Origin: an uncultured Planctomycetales bacterium
GTDB taxonomy: Bacteria > Omnitrophota > Gorgyraeia > Zapsychrales > JANLHA01
Assembly: GCA_964595465.1 (NCBI GenBank)
Contig: CAZQQI010000010.1
Span: 1 to 60,265, forward strand
Length of the DNA stretch: 60,265 bases
Direction of reading: 5' to 3'
The number at the start of each line of letters is the position of its first letter. Position 1 is the first letter of the stretch. Below are positions 31,999 through 40,891 of this stretch, one piece after another. Position numbers and translations under genes: made by a program. The notes beneath the pieces are model-generated. The model searched no databases and was not told the DNA's origin. It saw nothing but the letters and a program-made list of their open reading frames with translations.

Positions 31999-33167
31999 AA
32001 GAATCAAAAAAATTTGTGTTAATGGTCACGGCATTTCTGGCGTGTTTTTATCTGCCGGTAGAGATGCTGCCGTTCAGAAATCCGGTTTTTGAGGCGCTGG
32101 CATTGGTAAGATGGTACGCACGGGAGCATGTTCTTCTATGTCTGGTGCCGGCGTTTTTTATCGCGGGTGCGATCTCGGTCTTTGTGAGTCAGGCGTCTGT
32201 CATAAAATATTTCGGCGCTAAAGCGAACAAGTTTCTCGCCTACAGTGTGGCTGCGGTTTCCGGTACGATACTGGCTGTGTGTTCCTGCACTGTTCTTCCG
32301 TTATTCTCCGGTATTTACAAAAGAGGGGCCGGGTTAGGGCCTGCTACCGCGTTTCTTTATTCCGGCCCTGCTATCAATGTTCTGGCGATCATTATGACCG
32401 CGCGGATCCTCGGCTGGGAGCTCGGCTTGGCCCGGGCCATCGGCGCTGTTATTTTCAGTGTCGTGATCGGGCTCTTAATGCACCTCATTTTTATTAAGGA
32501 AGAGCATGCCAGAAAAGCCGAAGGCGATCTTATTGTTGGAGACGTTGAGGAACCCAGAGCCTTATGGCAGAACGCGCTGTATTTTTTCGCGATGGTCGGT
32601 TTTCTTGTGTTTGCCAACTGGGCAAAACCGCAGGAGGGGGACACGGGAGTATGGGCGTCGATCTTTGCGGCGAAGTGGTACCTGGCGGCAGGTTTTCTGG
32701 TGATGACAGGAATAATGCTGCTGAAGTGGTTTAAGAAAAATGAAATAACTGAATGGACGCTGGCGTCGTGGACGTTCGCCAAGCAGATCATGCCGTTACT
32801 GTTGGCCGGGGTATTGGTAGCCGGGCTGCTTCTCGGCCGCCCTGGCCAGGAAGGCCTGATCCCGCCAGGGATCATTGTCAAAGCGGTCGGCGGCAATTCG
32901 CTCTTATCAAATTTCTTTGCGTCTATCGTCGGAGCGTTTATGTATTTTGCGACATTGACCGAGGTTCCGATCCTGCAGGGTCTAATCGGCGCCGGTATGG
33001 GCAAGGGTCCGGCATTGGCATTGCTTTTGGCGGGTCCAGCGTTGAGTTTGCCGAACATGCTGGTGATCCGCGGTGTGATCGGAACAAGAAAAACGGTTGT
33101 TTATGTCAGCCTGGTAGTTGTGATGGCGACCATCAGTGGAATATTATTCGGAATGATAGCAGGGTGA
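31995..33167 (+). CDS. COG0701/DUF318-type permease (ArsP-like)
   Basis: Polytopic membrane protein with a VCSCTVLPLF motif and a two-half architecture. Overlaps the DUF134 stop by 4 nt. Confidence 0.7.
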   Translation: MKESKKFVLMVTAFLACFYLPVEMLPFRNPVFEALALVRWYAREHVLLCLVPAFFIAGAISVFVSQASVIKYFGAKANKFLAYSVAAVSGTILAVCSCTVLPLFSGIYKRGAGLGPATAFLYSGPAINVLAIIMTARILGWELGLARAIGAVIFSVVIGLLMHLIFIKEEHARKAEGDLIVGDVEEPRALWQNALYFFAMVGFLVFANWAKPQEGDTGVWASIFAAKWYLAAGFLVMTGIMLLKWFKKNEITEWTLASWTFAKQIMPLLLAGVLVAGLLLGRPGQEGLIPPGIIVKAVGGNSLLSNFFASIVGAFMYFATLTEVPILQGLIGAGMGKGPALALLLAGPALSLPNMLVIRGVIGTRKTVVYVSLVVVMATISGILFGMIAG

Positions 33168-33239
33168 TCTGCCGGTATCGGCAGGGTTTTTATATGCATT
33201 TTAAACAAGCCTAACAAATCAACAAGAAGGAGCTGCAAA

Positions 33240-33473
33240 ATGAAAATTGAAATTCTAGGGACGGGATGCCCGAAATGCCAGCAACTTACCGCCAGCGCCG
33301 AAGAGGCTGTTAAAGAGCTGAACGTTCAGGCTGAGATCAGCAAGGTAACGGATATTGATAAAATCACCGAATACGGTGTGATGATGACGCCGGCACTGGT
33401 CATTGACGGGACAGTGGCGTCAGCGGGCAAAGTGTTAAGCGCGGATGAGATCAAAAAAATTCTCTCAACATAG
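33240..33473 (+). CDS. Small thioredoxin-fold protein (redox-active disulfide protein 2 type)
   Basis: The MKIEILGTGCPKCQQL N-terminus with CPKC is characteristic of this 77-aa family, which is often next to ArsP-like permeases. Confidence 0.85.
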   Translation: MKIEILGTGCPKCQQLTASAEEAVKELNVQAEISKVTDIDKITEYGVMMTPALVIDGTVASAGKVLSADEIKKILST

Positions 33474-33592
33474 CAGTATACTGTTTGGTGAAATGAATAA
33501 GCGTATCAGCAGAGGATCTCATGCCGGAGTTTGTGAAGTATGATAATAAAAGATAAATTACGTTCGCTTGTTTTATTTTTTTAGGAGGTTAA

Positions 33593-35380
33593 ATGTTTAC
33601 AAGGAAACAAAAATTCATTCTGTTCTTTTTGCTTTTTTCAGGACTTATCGTCGCGCTGAAGCTCTTGCACATTGATTACATGGTGAACTATTCCGCGGAT
33701 CCCTACAAAAGTTTCTGCAACGTCAATGAAACCTTTAATTGCGATGCCGTCGCCGCGAGCCCGTTCTCGCATATTTTCGGCGTTCCTGTCGCGCTCATCG
33801 GGACATGGGCGAACCTGTTTTTAATGGTCTTCCTGTTCGCCGGTCAAAAATTTTACACGGGGCTCCTTAAAAGCATATTTACGTATGTATTCGCTCTTTA
33901 TGCCGTCGGCTGTGTCGCCCTCGCGCTCGTTTCGTTTATTTTTGTGCCGGCGTTATGTTTTGTCTGCATGATCTACTGGGCGATAAGCATCGCGACATTT
34001 GTCTATCTTGTGATGATCTCGAAAAAAGAGATTTTCCCACTTTCTTCTAGATTTATGGACATGATGAAGTCAATTTGGGATAAAAAAATTCTAACAGCCG
34101 TGCTTATCATTGTTTTTCTGCTTCCGTTGATCTGCGCGCATTTTTATTTTACGCAATTAGGCTGTGATTCGATCGGCTCCGGGGCCATTTGCTGTGAGAA
34201 TTATAATAAAAAAACGCACGAGGCCTTTCTCGGAAGAAAAACCGGGAAAGTACAGATTACGGTATATACGGATTTTGAATGCCCCTGGTGTAAGAAAGCG
34301 CATGATTATGTGACTGACTTGATGGAACGGTATGAAAAACAGATCAGGTTTGTCCGAAAAGATTTTCCTTTGGATATGGCCTGCAATCCGAACATTAAAC
34401 AGCCTTTTCATCAGAATGCCTGCCTGGCCGCCTATTATGCCAAATGCGCCGGGGAACAAGGGAAATATTGGGAATATCATGATGAGGTTTATGAAAATCA
34501 GAAAACAATAACACAGGAGAAGCTTGTCGCGATCGGGCAAGGCCTTGCCCTTGATACGGAAGGCCTGCGCGCGTGCGCGGAAAGTAAAGAGATCCGGAAG
34601 AGTGTCCGCGGCGAGATTGAAGAAGCCATGTTTTTCGGGATAACCGGGACGCCCGCGTTCAGGATATTTTCTGAAGTGCTGGGCCCCAGGATCCCTGATG
34701 AGATTATTAATGATTATCTTGTGCATTATCCGTCGATCACGATAGAAATGCTTAAAAGGATCTATCGTACAAAAATGACACAATACCTTCAGATCATCGA
34801 CATAAGAGATGAGGGTGTTTTTACTAAGGGGCATTTAAAGGATGCGGTCAATATTCCTCTGGGATCTCTCACAGCGCGTCTTTCAGAATTGCGAAAGGAT
34901 GTTCCGGTATTGCTATGTGATGAATACGGATTGAGATCAGATGAAGCCTTGACGATCTTTAAAAATGCGGGTTTTGAGGAGGTCCGGACACTGCTCGGCG
35001 GTTACGATGCCTGGATAAACGATACAGTCGCCGCGCAAAAAGCTGCAAGCAATATGCGGGATGACGCTATCTCTGTTATCGGGACAAGGGAGGCGTATGA
35101 TTTCATTCAAAACAATAAAACGCTCAGGATACTGGACCTGCGGACAAAAGCAGAGTTTGAACGCGCCCACATCCAAGGTGCGGTCAATATTCCTATTGAG
35201 CAGTTGGCTGAGGATTACGTTGCGCTTGGAAGCGATACAACAAGGCCGCTGCTTGTTTATTGCAACACGCAAAATAAGAGCCGGACAGCCGCCCGTTTTT
35301 TAAAAACAAAAGGATTTGAAAAGATCATCATTATGGATGGGGGCATTCAGGGCTGGTTAAAAGCGGGATATTTAAAATAG
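33593..35380 (+). CDS. Fusion protein: VKOR-like membrane domain, DsbA-like thioredoxin domain and two rhodanese domains
   Basis: N-terminal TM helices with a loop Cys pair (FCNVNETFNC) and a membrane CFVC. A CPWC thioredoxin-fold motif. Two rhodanese modules with active-site loops CDEYGLRS and CNTQNKS. Confidence 0.7.
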   Translation: MFTRKQKFILFFLLFSGLIVALKLLHIDYMVNYSADPYKSFCNVNETFNCDAVAASPFSHIFGVPVALIGTWANLFLMVFLFAGQKFYTGLLKSIFTYVFALYAVGCVALALVSFIFVPALCFVCMIYWAISIATFVYLVMISKKEIFPLSSRFMDMMKSIWDKKILTAVLIIVFLLPLICAHFYFTQLGCDSIGSGAICCENYNKKTHEAFLGRKTGKVQITVYTDFECPWCKKAHDYVTDLMERYEKQIRFVRKDFPLDMACNPNIKQPFHQNACLAAYYAKCAGEQGKYWEYHDEVYENQKTITQEKLVAIGQGLALDTEGLRACAESKEIRKSVRGEIEEAMFFGITGTPAFRIFSEVLGPRIPDEIINDYLVHYPSITIEMLKRIYRTKMTQYLQIIDIRDEGVFTKGHLKDAVNIPLGSLTARLSELRKDVPVLLCDEYGLRSDEALTIFKNAGFEEVRTLLGGYDAWINDTVAAQKAASNMRDDAISVIGTREAYDFIQNNKTLRILDLRTKAEFERAHIQGAVNIPIEQLAEDYVALGSDTTRPLLVYCNTQNKSRTAARFLKTKGFEKIIIMDGGIQGWLKAGYLK

Positions 35381-35389
35381 GAGGTAACG

Positions 35390-35818
35390 TTGAAAAAACT
35401 ATTTCTGGCAATGCTCATGTTTCTGGCGGGCGTTGCGGCAATTAACACATCAACAGCTTTTGCGGCAGATAAGAACGCCTCAAAAGTTATCGCGTATTAT
35501 TTTCACGGCTCGGCCCGGTGCTATACATGCAATATGATAGAAAAATATTCAAAAGAGGCCATCCGAGCATATTTTAAAGATGAGATCGATTCCGGAAAAC
35601 TGGAATTGAAAGCTGTCAATGTGGAAAACAAGGGCAATCAACATTTTGTAAAAGATTACCAGCTTTATGGCCAGTCATTAGTTATTTCTATGCTGAAAGA
35701 CGGGAAGGAAGTCAAATCAAAAAACCTGAATCAAGTATGGCAGCTTGTGCGTAATAAACAGCGGTTCAGTGAATATGTTATCGAAGAAATTGAAACGTTA
35801 ATGAAGGAGCCGCAATAA
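35390..35818 (+). CDS. Secreted thioredoxin-like protein (ArsF-like family by size and context)
   Basis: TTG start after AGGAGG. Signal peptide, then HGSARCYTCNMIE (CxxC). Paired with a CcdA/DsbD-like membrane protein. Confidence 0.55.
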   Translation: MKKLFLAMLMFLAGVAAINTSTAFAADKNASKVIAYYFHGSARCYTCNMIEKYSKEAIRAYFKDEIDSGKLELKAVNVENKGNQHFVKDYQLYGQSLVISMLKDGKEVKSKNLNQVWQLVRNKQRFSEYVIEEIETLMKEPQ

Positions 35819-36510
35819 TGGAATTATTATTCGCTTTTGGTTCGGCTTTGTGGCTGGGGATATTGACCTCTATCAGTCCCTGTCCTTTGGCGACGAATAT
35901 CGCGGCGGTATCATTTTTGTCAAAAAAGATCACTCATCCGTTTATGGTTTTTCTCTCGGGGCTGGCTTACACGCTGGGCAGGATGGCTGCCTACGCGGCG
36001 CTTGGATGGATCATTATCAATTCTTTGTTGAGTGTTCCCGAAGTCGCTCAGTTCTTACAGAAATATATGTCAAAAGCTCTGGGGCCGGTTCTCGTTCTTA
36101 CAGGATTATTTTTGCTGGAGATTATTACCATCAAATTACCGGGTGTAACGCTTTCTCAAAAACATCACAATAAACTCGTTGAGTCCGGCGCTCCCGGCGC
36201 GTTTCTTCTGGGGTTTGTCTTCGCCCTGGCGTTTTGCCCGGTTTCAGCGGCGTTGTTTTTCGGCAGCCTTATCCCTTTGGCGCTTAACAGCGCGGGAGGG
36301 ACAATATTGCCGTTTGTTTACGGGGTCGGGACAGGGCTTCCTGTATTGGCATTTGCAGTCGCTATCGCCTTGGGCGTCACATCCTTGAGCCGCTGGTTCC
36401 ATAAGATCACTAAACTTGAATACTACACGCGCAAAATAACCGGCATGATCTTTGTTTTTGTTGGGTTTTATTATATATGGATGTATGTTGTGCCGCACTT
36501 AACCATGTAG
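35818..36510 (+). CDS. CcdA/DsbD-like membrane thiol-disulfide transporter (ArsG-like family by size and context)
   Basis: Six hydrophobic helices with ISPCPL and FCPVS motifs typical of CcdA-like proteins. The start overlaps the previous stop. Confidence 0.6.
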   Translation: MELLFAFGSALWLGILTSISPCPLATNIAAVSFLSKKITHPFMVFLSGLAYTLGRMAAYAALGWIIINSLLSVPEVAQFLQKYMSKALGPVLVLTGLFLLEIITIKLPGVTLSQKHHNKLVESGAPGAFLLGFVFALAFCPVSAALFFGSLIPLALNSAGGTILPFVYGVGTGLPVLAFAVAIALGVTSLSRWFHKITKLEYYTRKITGMIFVFVGFYYIWMYVVPHLTM

Positions 36511-36520
36511 GAGGAATCTT

Positions 36521-37690
36521 ATGGAATTAAAAACAGAACGCAATATGTCGATCTTTGAGCGGTATCTGACCCTCTGGGTGGGATTGTGCATCATCGCCGG
36601 GATCATGTTGGGGAAATTTGCCCCCGGGTTCGCAAGAACGCTCGACAGTTTTTCAATATATGTAAAAGGCGCTCCCGTGGTTTCCATCCCCATTGCCATC
36701 TGCCTGTTTTTCATGATGTATCCGATTATGGTCAAAATCGATTTCACCGAGGTTATCAAAGCGGGAAAATCCCCCAAGCCAGTCGGGCTGACCCTTTTTG
36801 TCAACTGGCTGATCAAGCCGTTTACGATGTATGCGATCTCGTTTTTATTCCTGGGGGTTCTATTCAAAGGATTTATCGGGGAGAACGCGGTTGATCTGGT
36901 AAAATTACCGCCGGGGGCGGTGGATTGGGCAGTCGGCTCCCTTCACGGCGCGGGACAGGTTGTCATGCATGAAGGGGCCAAAATGCTTCAGGTCCCATTA
37001 TGGCGGAGTTATTTTGCCGGTACGATCCTGTTAGGGATCGCGCCGTGCACGGCGATGGTGCTGGTCTGGGGTTTTCTTTCCAAAGGCAACGACGGGCACA
37101 CGCTGGTGATGGTCGCCATCAACTCGCTGACCATGCTTTTACTCTATGGTGTTTTGGGCGGGTTTCTTTTGGGTGTGGGGCAAATGCCTGTTCCCTGGGA
37201 GGCACTGCTTTTGTCGATCGCGATTTATGTGGCGCTGCCGCTTATTTCCGGCTATTTGTCACGCCAGTGGATCATCCGCGCGAAAGGGGCGACCTGGTTC
37301 CGGGAGCACTTCCTGAACAGGCTCACGCCGGTTTCGATCGTTGCCCTGCTTTTCACGCTGGTTCTGTTGTTCTCCTTCAAGGGAGATATGATCCTGGCGC
37401 AGCCCCTGACGATCCTGTGGATCGCCATTCCGTTGTTTATCCAGACATGCTTTATTTTTGCCATTACGTATTGGCTGGCGAGAAAATTACGGTTAAGCTA
37501 TGAAGACGCGGCGCCCAGCGCGATGATCGGGGCAAGCAATCATTTTGAAGTCGCGATCGCGACCGCGACGATGTTGTTTGGTCTGTCATCAGGAGCGGCA
37601 TTGGCGACGGTTGTGGGAGTTCTTATCGAAGTGCCAGTTATGTTGATGTTGGTGCGTATTTGTTTGAATACCAGGAAATGGTTTGAATAG
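36521..37690 (+). CDS. acr3: ACR3-family arsenite efflux transporter
   Basis: [18 protein letters not shown]-terminus, [12 protein letters not shown] conserved Cys motif, SNHFEVAIA near the C-terminus. About 40 aa longer than typical ACR3 because of a loop insert. Confidence 0.9.
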   Translation: MELKTERNMSIFERYLTLWVGLCIIAGIMLGKFAPGFARTLDSFSIYVKGAPVVSIPIAICLFFMMYPIMVKIDFTEVIKAGKSPKPVGLTLFVNWLIKPFTMYAISFLFLGVLFKGFIGENAVDLVKLPPGAVDWAVGSLHGAGQVVMHEGAKMLQVPLWRSYFAGTILLGIAPCTAMVLVWGFLSKGNDGHTLVMVAINSLTMLLLYGVLGGFLLGVGQMPVPWEALLLSIAIYVALPLISGYLSRQWIIRAKGATWFREHFLNRLTPVSIVALLFTLVLLFSFKGDMILAQPLTILWIAIPLFIQTCFIFAITYWLARKLRLSYEDAAPSAMIGASNHFEVAIATATMLFGLSSGAALATVVGVLIEVPVMLMLVRICLNTRKWFE

Positions 37691-37703
37691 GAAGGATTTT
37701 AAT

Positions 37704-38126
37704 ATGAAGAAAAAGGTTTTGTTCGTGTGTATCCATAATTCGGCACGCAGCCAGATGGCGGAGGCCTTTTTAAAAAAATACGGAGGAGACCGTTTTGAAG
37801 TAGAGAGCGCGGGATTAGAGCCGGGCAGGCTCAATCCGGTGGTGGTTGATGTCATGAAAGAAATAGGCATTGATATATCGCAAAACACGACACAAAGCGT
37901 TTTTGACTTATTTAAAGAGGGGAGAAATTTTCATTATGTTTTTACGGTGTGTGATGAGTCGCAATCTGAAAGGTGTCCGATATTTCCGAGTATGATCGAA
38001 AAGATCCATATGGGATTTCCGGACCCGTCACGTTTTTCGGGAACGCATCAAGAAAAGGTGGAGCAGGCCAGAGAGGTCAGGGACGAGATAGAATCGAGAA
38101 TCAAGGATTGGCTTAACCGCCTATAA
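37704..38126 (+). CDS. arsC: Arsenate reductase, LMW-PTP/thioredoxin-coupled type
   Basis: KVLFVCIHNSARSQMAEAF (CX5R-S P-loop) plus a downstream Cys pair (VCDESQSERC). RBS AGGAAGGA 7 nt before ATG 37704. Confidence 0.85.
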   Translation: MKKKVLFVCIHNSARSQMAEAFLKKYGGDRFEVESAGLEPGRLNPVVVDVMKEIGIDISQNTTQSVFDLFKEGRNFHYVFTVCDESQSERCPIFPSMIEKIHMGFPDPSRFSGTHQEKVEQAREVRDEIESRIKDWLNRL

Positions 38127-38628
38127 TTTTCCACATCCTGATAGGTTTCCATTCAAGTATCCCGAAGACGGGGATCTTATTAGCAGCACCGTAACCTCGT
38201 TTGTCTTTGCGGCGTCCGTTAAAATAAGATTCATCAGCGGCCACTTTGCCCTTTAACAACAATTCATAATTGTTGTTTTATTGAGGGATGGCTTGATGTA
38301 TCAAGTTTGTTGCCTATGCTGTTGGATAACTAACGTAAAGTTCTTCGGCAATACGTTTGTTTGATGTCTCTCATGCAAAGAGCTTAATCAGCCAAAGCCG
38401 CTGGCTGGCTGAAATCCTTAAAAGCCCGTACCACTGGTTGGTAAAGACGTTGAATCGAAATTCACAACGTTTACAACGAAACCGCTTATCGGAGTTTAAT
38501 AAACATTTTGCTCTGACAAAATGCACAAATTCGGCGTCTATTTTTCCGGCATATTTTTGACAAGTATCTGAACGCATGTTTTTCGCTTGTTGTGATGTGA
38601 TATAAGTCGAGAGTTCGCATATGCACAT
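38127..38628 (-). pseudogene. Decayed, 3'-truncated IS1595-family transposase
   Basis: The minus-strand translation reads a zinc-ribbon remnant (RFRCKRCEFRFNVFTNQWYGLLRISASQRLWLIKLF). After a frame break it reads an HTH (ETSNKRIAEELYVSYPTA*) and ...ADESYFNGRRKDKRGYGAANKIPVFGILE, with two in-frame stops. It ends abruptly at the arsC stop. Confidence 0.75.
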
Positions 38629-38693
38629 TTTAGCTCTAATGCTGAATCCGTACCGAATCCTTTATAATCACCATAATGTTAAAAGGGTTTTTT

Positions 38694-39332
38694 ATGATTA
38701 TTTTTGAGAATATAGATTTAAATTTTGACGATAAAAAGATTTTCAGTGATTTTTCTCTGGAGATCACAAATGGCGAAAAAGTTGTTTTTTTGGGAAAGTC
38801 AGGACTCGGCAAATCTTCGCTCTTCGCTCTCTTACTCGGGTTTATCCGGCCCCAAAGGGGAAGAGTGTTATTTGACGGTGCTCCTTTGGATGAACACACA
38901 GTCTGGAATGCGAGGCAGAAAATTTCGTTTGTCGATCAGGATGTCAGTATCGGCAATTATAAGGTATCAGATTGGTTTACATTTGTCTCAGGGATAAAAT
39001 CTAACCAAATGCTGGATTTCAGTGAAGAAAGAATCGCGGGACTGATGGACTTTTTTGAATTAAGCCGGGAGATTCTCCGTAAAGAAATTTCTGATCTTTC
39101 CGGGGGCGAAAGGCAGAGGGTCGCCGTCATTGTTTCTGTCTTATTGAAGCGGGATGTGTTTCTTTTAGATGAAGTCACGTCGGCTTTAGATAAGAACCTT
39201 AAGAAAAAAGTAGCCGATTTTTTTATAGGGCGCAAAGATTGGACTGTTTTCAGCATATCGCATGATGCTGTCTGGCTGGATAATCCTGATGTAAAAGTTT
39301 TTGATCTGGAGAAAAAATCATGGAAACAATAG
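38694..39332 (+). CDS. fetA: FetA-like ABC ATP-binding protein (iron export type)
   Basis: Walker A GKSGLGKSS, signature LSGGERQRV, Walker B FLLDEVTSALD. Paired with a FetB/UPF0014 permease. Confidence 0.75.
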   Translation: MIIFENIDLNFDDKKIFSDFSLEITNGEKVVFLGKSGLGKSSLFALLLGFIRPQRGRVLFDGAPLDEHTVWNARQKISFVDQDVSIGNYKVSDWFTFVSGIKSNQMLDFSEERIAGLMDFFELSREILRKEISDLSGGERQRVAVIVSVLLKRDVFLLDEVTSALDKNLKKKVADFFIGRKDWTVFSISHDAVWLDNPDVKVFDLEKKSWKQ

Positions 39333-40120
39333 ATATTCCCATATACTCATTGCTGTTGGTGTTTTTACTGCTCGTTGTGCCTGTTGTATTGAGCCGTGTC
39401 TACGGACTGGGCCTTATAAAGCCGCTTTTAAGTTCCGCAGCAAGGATGACTGTCCAACTGGTACTTATCGGCATTTTTCTAAAATATCTATTTTTATGGA
39501 ATAACGCGGCCGTCAACCTTTTATGGCTTATGGTGATGATCCTGGTCGCGGTTTTCTCGGCCATCCGCGGGTCGTCAATGAAGCCGGGTAAAATCCTTGT
39601 GCCGGTTTTTATATCATTCGCTCTGGCGACTTTAGTGGTTATATTTTATCTTAATGTGTTTGTCATCCGGCTGGATTATATCTTTGACGCCCGGTATCTG
39701 ATCGTTCTCGGGGGGATGCTGCTGGGAAATTCTTTAAGAGGTAATATCGTAGGCATTGATACTTTTTATAAAAGCCTCAGAAAAGATATCAAAAAATACC
39801 GGTATGTTCTGTCTTTGGGGGCTTCGCGTAACGAAGCCGCGCGTCCGTATATGAAAGAGAGTGTTCAGCTCGCGCTTAAACCGACGATCGCTTCGATGGC
39901 AACCATAGGGATCGTGGCGCTTCCGGGGATGATGACCGGCGTTATTCTTGGCGGGGCAAGCCCTGAGGTCGCGATCAAGTATCAGATCATGATCATGATC
40001 AGCATTGTCGTAAGCACGATCATCAGCGTTTTACTTACTATTGTCATGACGTCACGCGCGTGTTTTACTGAATACGGTACATTAAAGGCGGATATCTTTG
40101 TCGGTAAGAGTTCAGCATAA
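39320..40120 (+). CDS. fetB: FetB (YbbM/UPF0014) permease
   Basis: LSLGASRNEA...LKPTIASMATIGIVALPGMMTGVILGGASPEVAIKYQIMIM closely parallels the E. coli YbbM segment LSLGATPKQA...VGLVSLPGMMSGLIFAGIDPVKAIKYQIMV. Confidence 0.85.
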   Translation: METIDIPIYSLLLVFLLLVVPVVLSRVYGLGLIKPLLSSAARMTVQLVLIGIFLKYLFLWNNAAVNLLWLMVMILVAVFSAIRGSSMKPGKILVPVFISFALATLVVIFYLNVFVIRLDYIFDARYLIVLGGMLLGNSLRGNIVGIDTFYKSLRKDIKKYRYVLSLGASRNEAARPYMKESVQLALKPTIASMATIGIVALPGMMTGVILGGASPEVAIKYQIMIMISIVVSTIISVLLTIVMTSRACFTEYGTLKADIFVGKSSA

Positions 40121-40167
40121 TAACTGCACAAAATTCATGAGAAGGCTTGGCGGGGGAATGTAGGAAC

Positions 40168-40219
40168 TTGTTTATTTTTTTTCTCTTTGATATAATCATA
40201 TTCAAATATATGAATATGA
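40168..40219 (+). promoter_or_regulatory. Promoter plus ArsR-type operator palindrome
   Basis: TTGTTT (40168-40173), 17-nt spacer, TATAAT (40191-40196). This is followed by, and overlaps, TCATATTCA-aatata-TGAATATGA (40196-40219), immediately upstream of the ArsR gene. Confidence 0.6.
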
Positions 40220-40225
40220 TGGAGG

Positions 40226-40504
40226 ATGAATTTGCCGATAAAAGAAAATAGAAAAATTTCTGAATTTTTTAACGCCCTTTCTCATCCTGTTCGGGTTGAT
40301 ATTGTTATCGAACTATTAAAAGGCACAAAGTGCGTTAACGATATGAAAGATTTGCTTGACGTAAATCAGCCCAGTGTTTCCCAGCATTTATCCGTTTTAA
40401 AGGCGAACGGAATTGTTGACTGGAATCAGGATGGTAAAAGAAAATGTTATTTTTTAAAAGATCCAAAATTAATGGAAGATATTTTGGAAAAACTGCAGAA
40501 ATAA
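40226..40504 (+). CDS. ArsR/SmtB-family regulator (second)
   Basis: FFNALSHPVRVDIVIELLKGTKCVNDM...NQPSVSQHLSVLKANGIV. The start may be TTG 40232, which has better spacing from GGAGG. Confidence 0.8.
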   Translation: MNLPIKENRKISEFFNALSHPVRVDIVIELLKGTKCVNDMKDLLDVNQPSVSQHLSVLKANGIVDWNQDGKRKCYFLKDPKLMEDILEKLQK

Positions 40505-40544
40505 AATTTGTTATTTTAGTGAGAAAGCCAGAGGAGGGTGTAAT

Positions 40545-40877
40545 ATGTTAAAGGCAGGAATGATCCGGTGTCATCAAACCGAGGATATGTGCCCAGGGAA
40601 TACGGATTTTAAAGTTGCTAAAGAAGGCAAATTAGCTTTTAAAGAAACAGGACCTGTTGAGGTCGTCGGGTTTATTTCATGTGGCGGTTGTCCGGGGAAA
40701 AGAGCCATTGCCCGGGCAAAAATGATGGTTGACCGTGGTGCGGAAGCTATCGTTTTTGTTTCATGCATAACAAAAGGCAATCCGATCGGGTATCCCTGTC
40801 CGCATTATGCCAATATGCGTGACGCTGTTATTAAGAAAGTTGGTCCTGATATTAAAATTATTGAATGGACGCATTAA
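40545..40877 (+). CDS. CGGC-domain protein
   Basis: 110 aa with the FISCGGCPGKRA motif and further Cys residues (CHQTEDMCPG, FVSCITKG, YPCPH). Confidence 0.75.
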   Translation: MLKAGMIRCHQTEDMCPGNTDFKVAKEGKLAFKETGPVEVVGFISCGGCPGKRAIARAKMMVDRGAEAIVFVSCITKGNPIGYPCPHYANMRDAVIKKVGPDIKIIEWTH

Positions 40878-40891
40878 AAAAGGAGTTTTAA

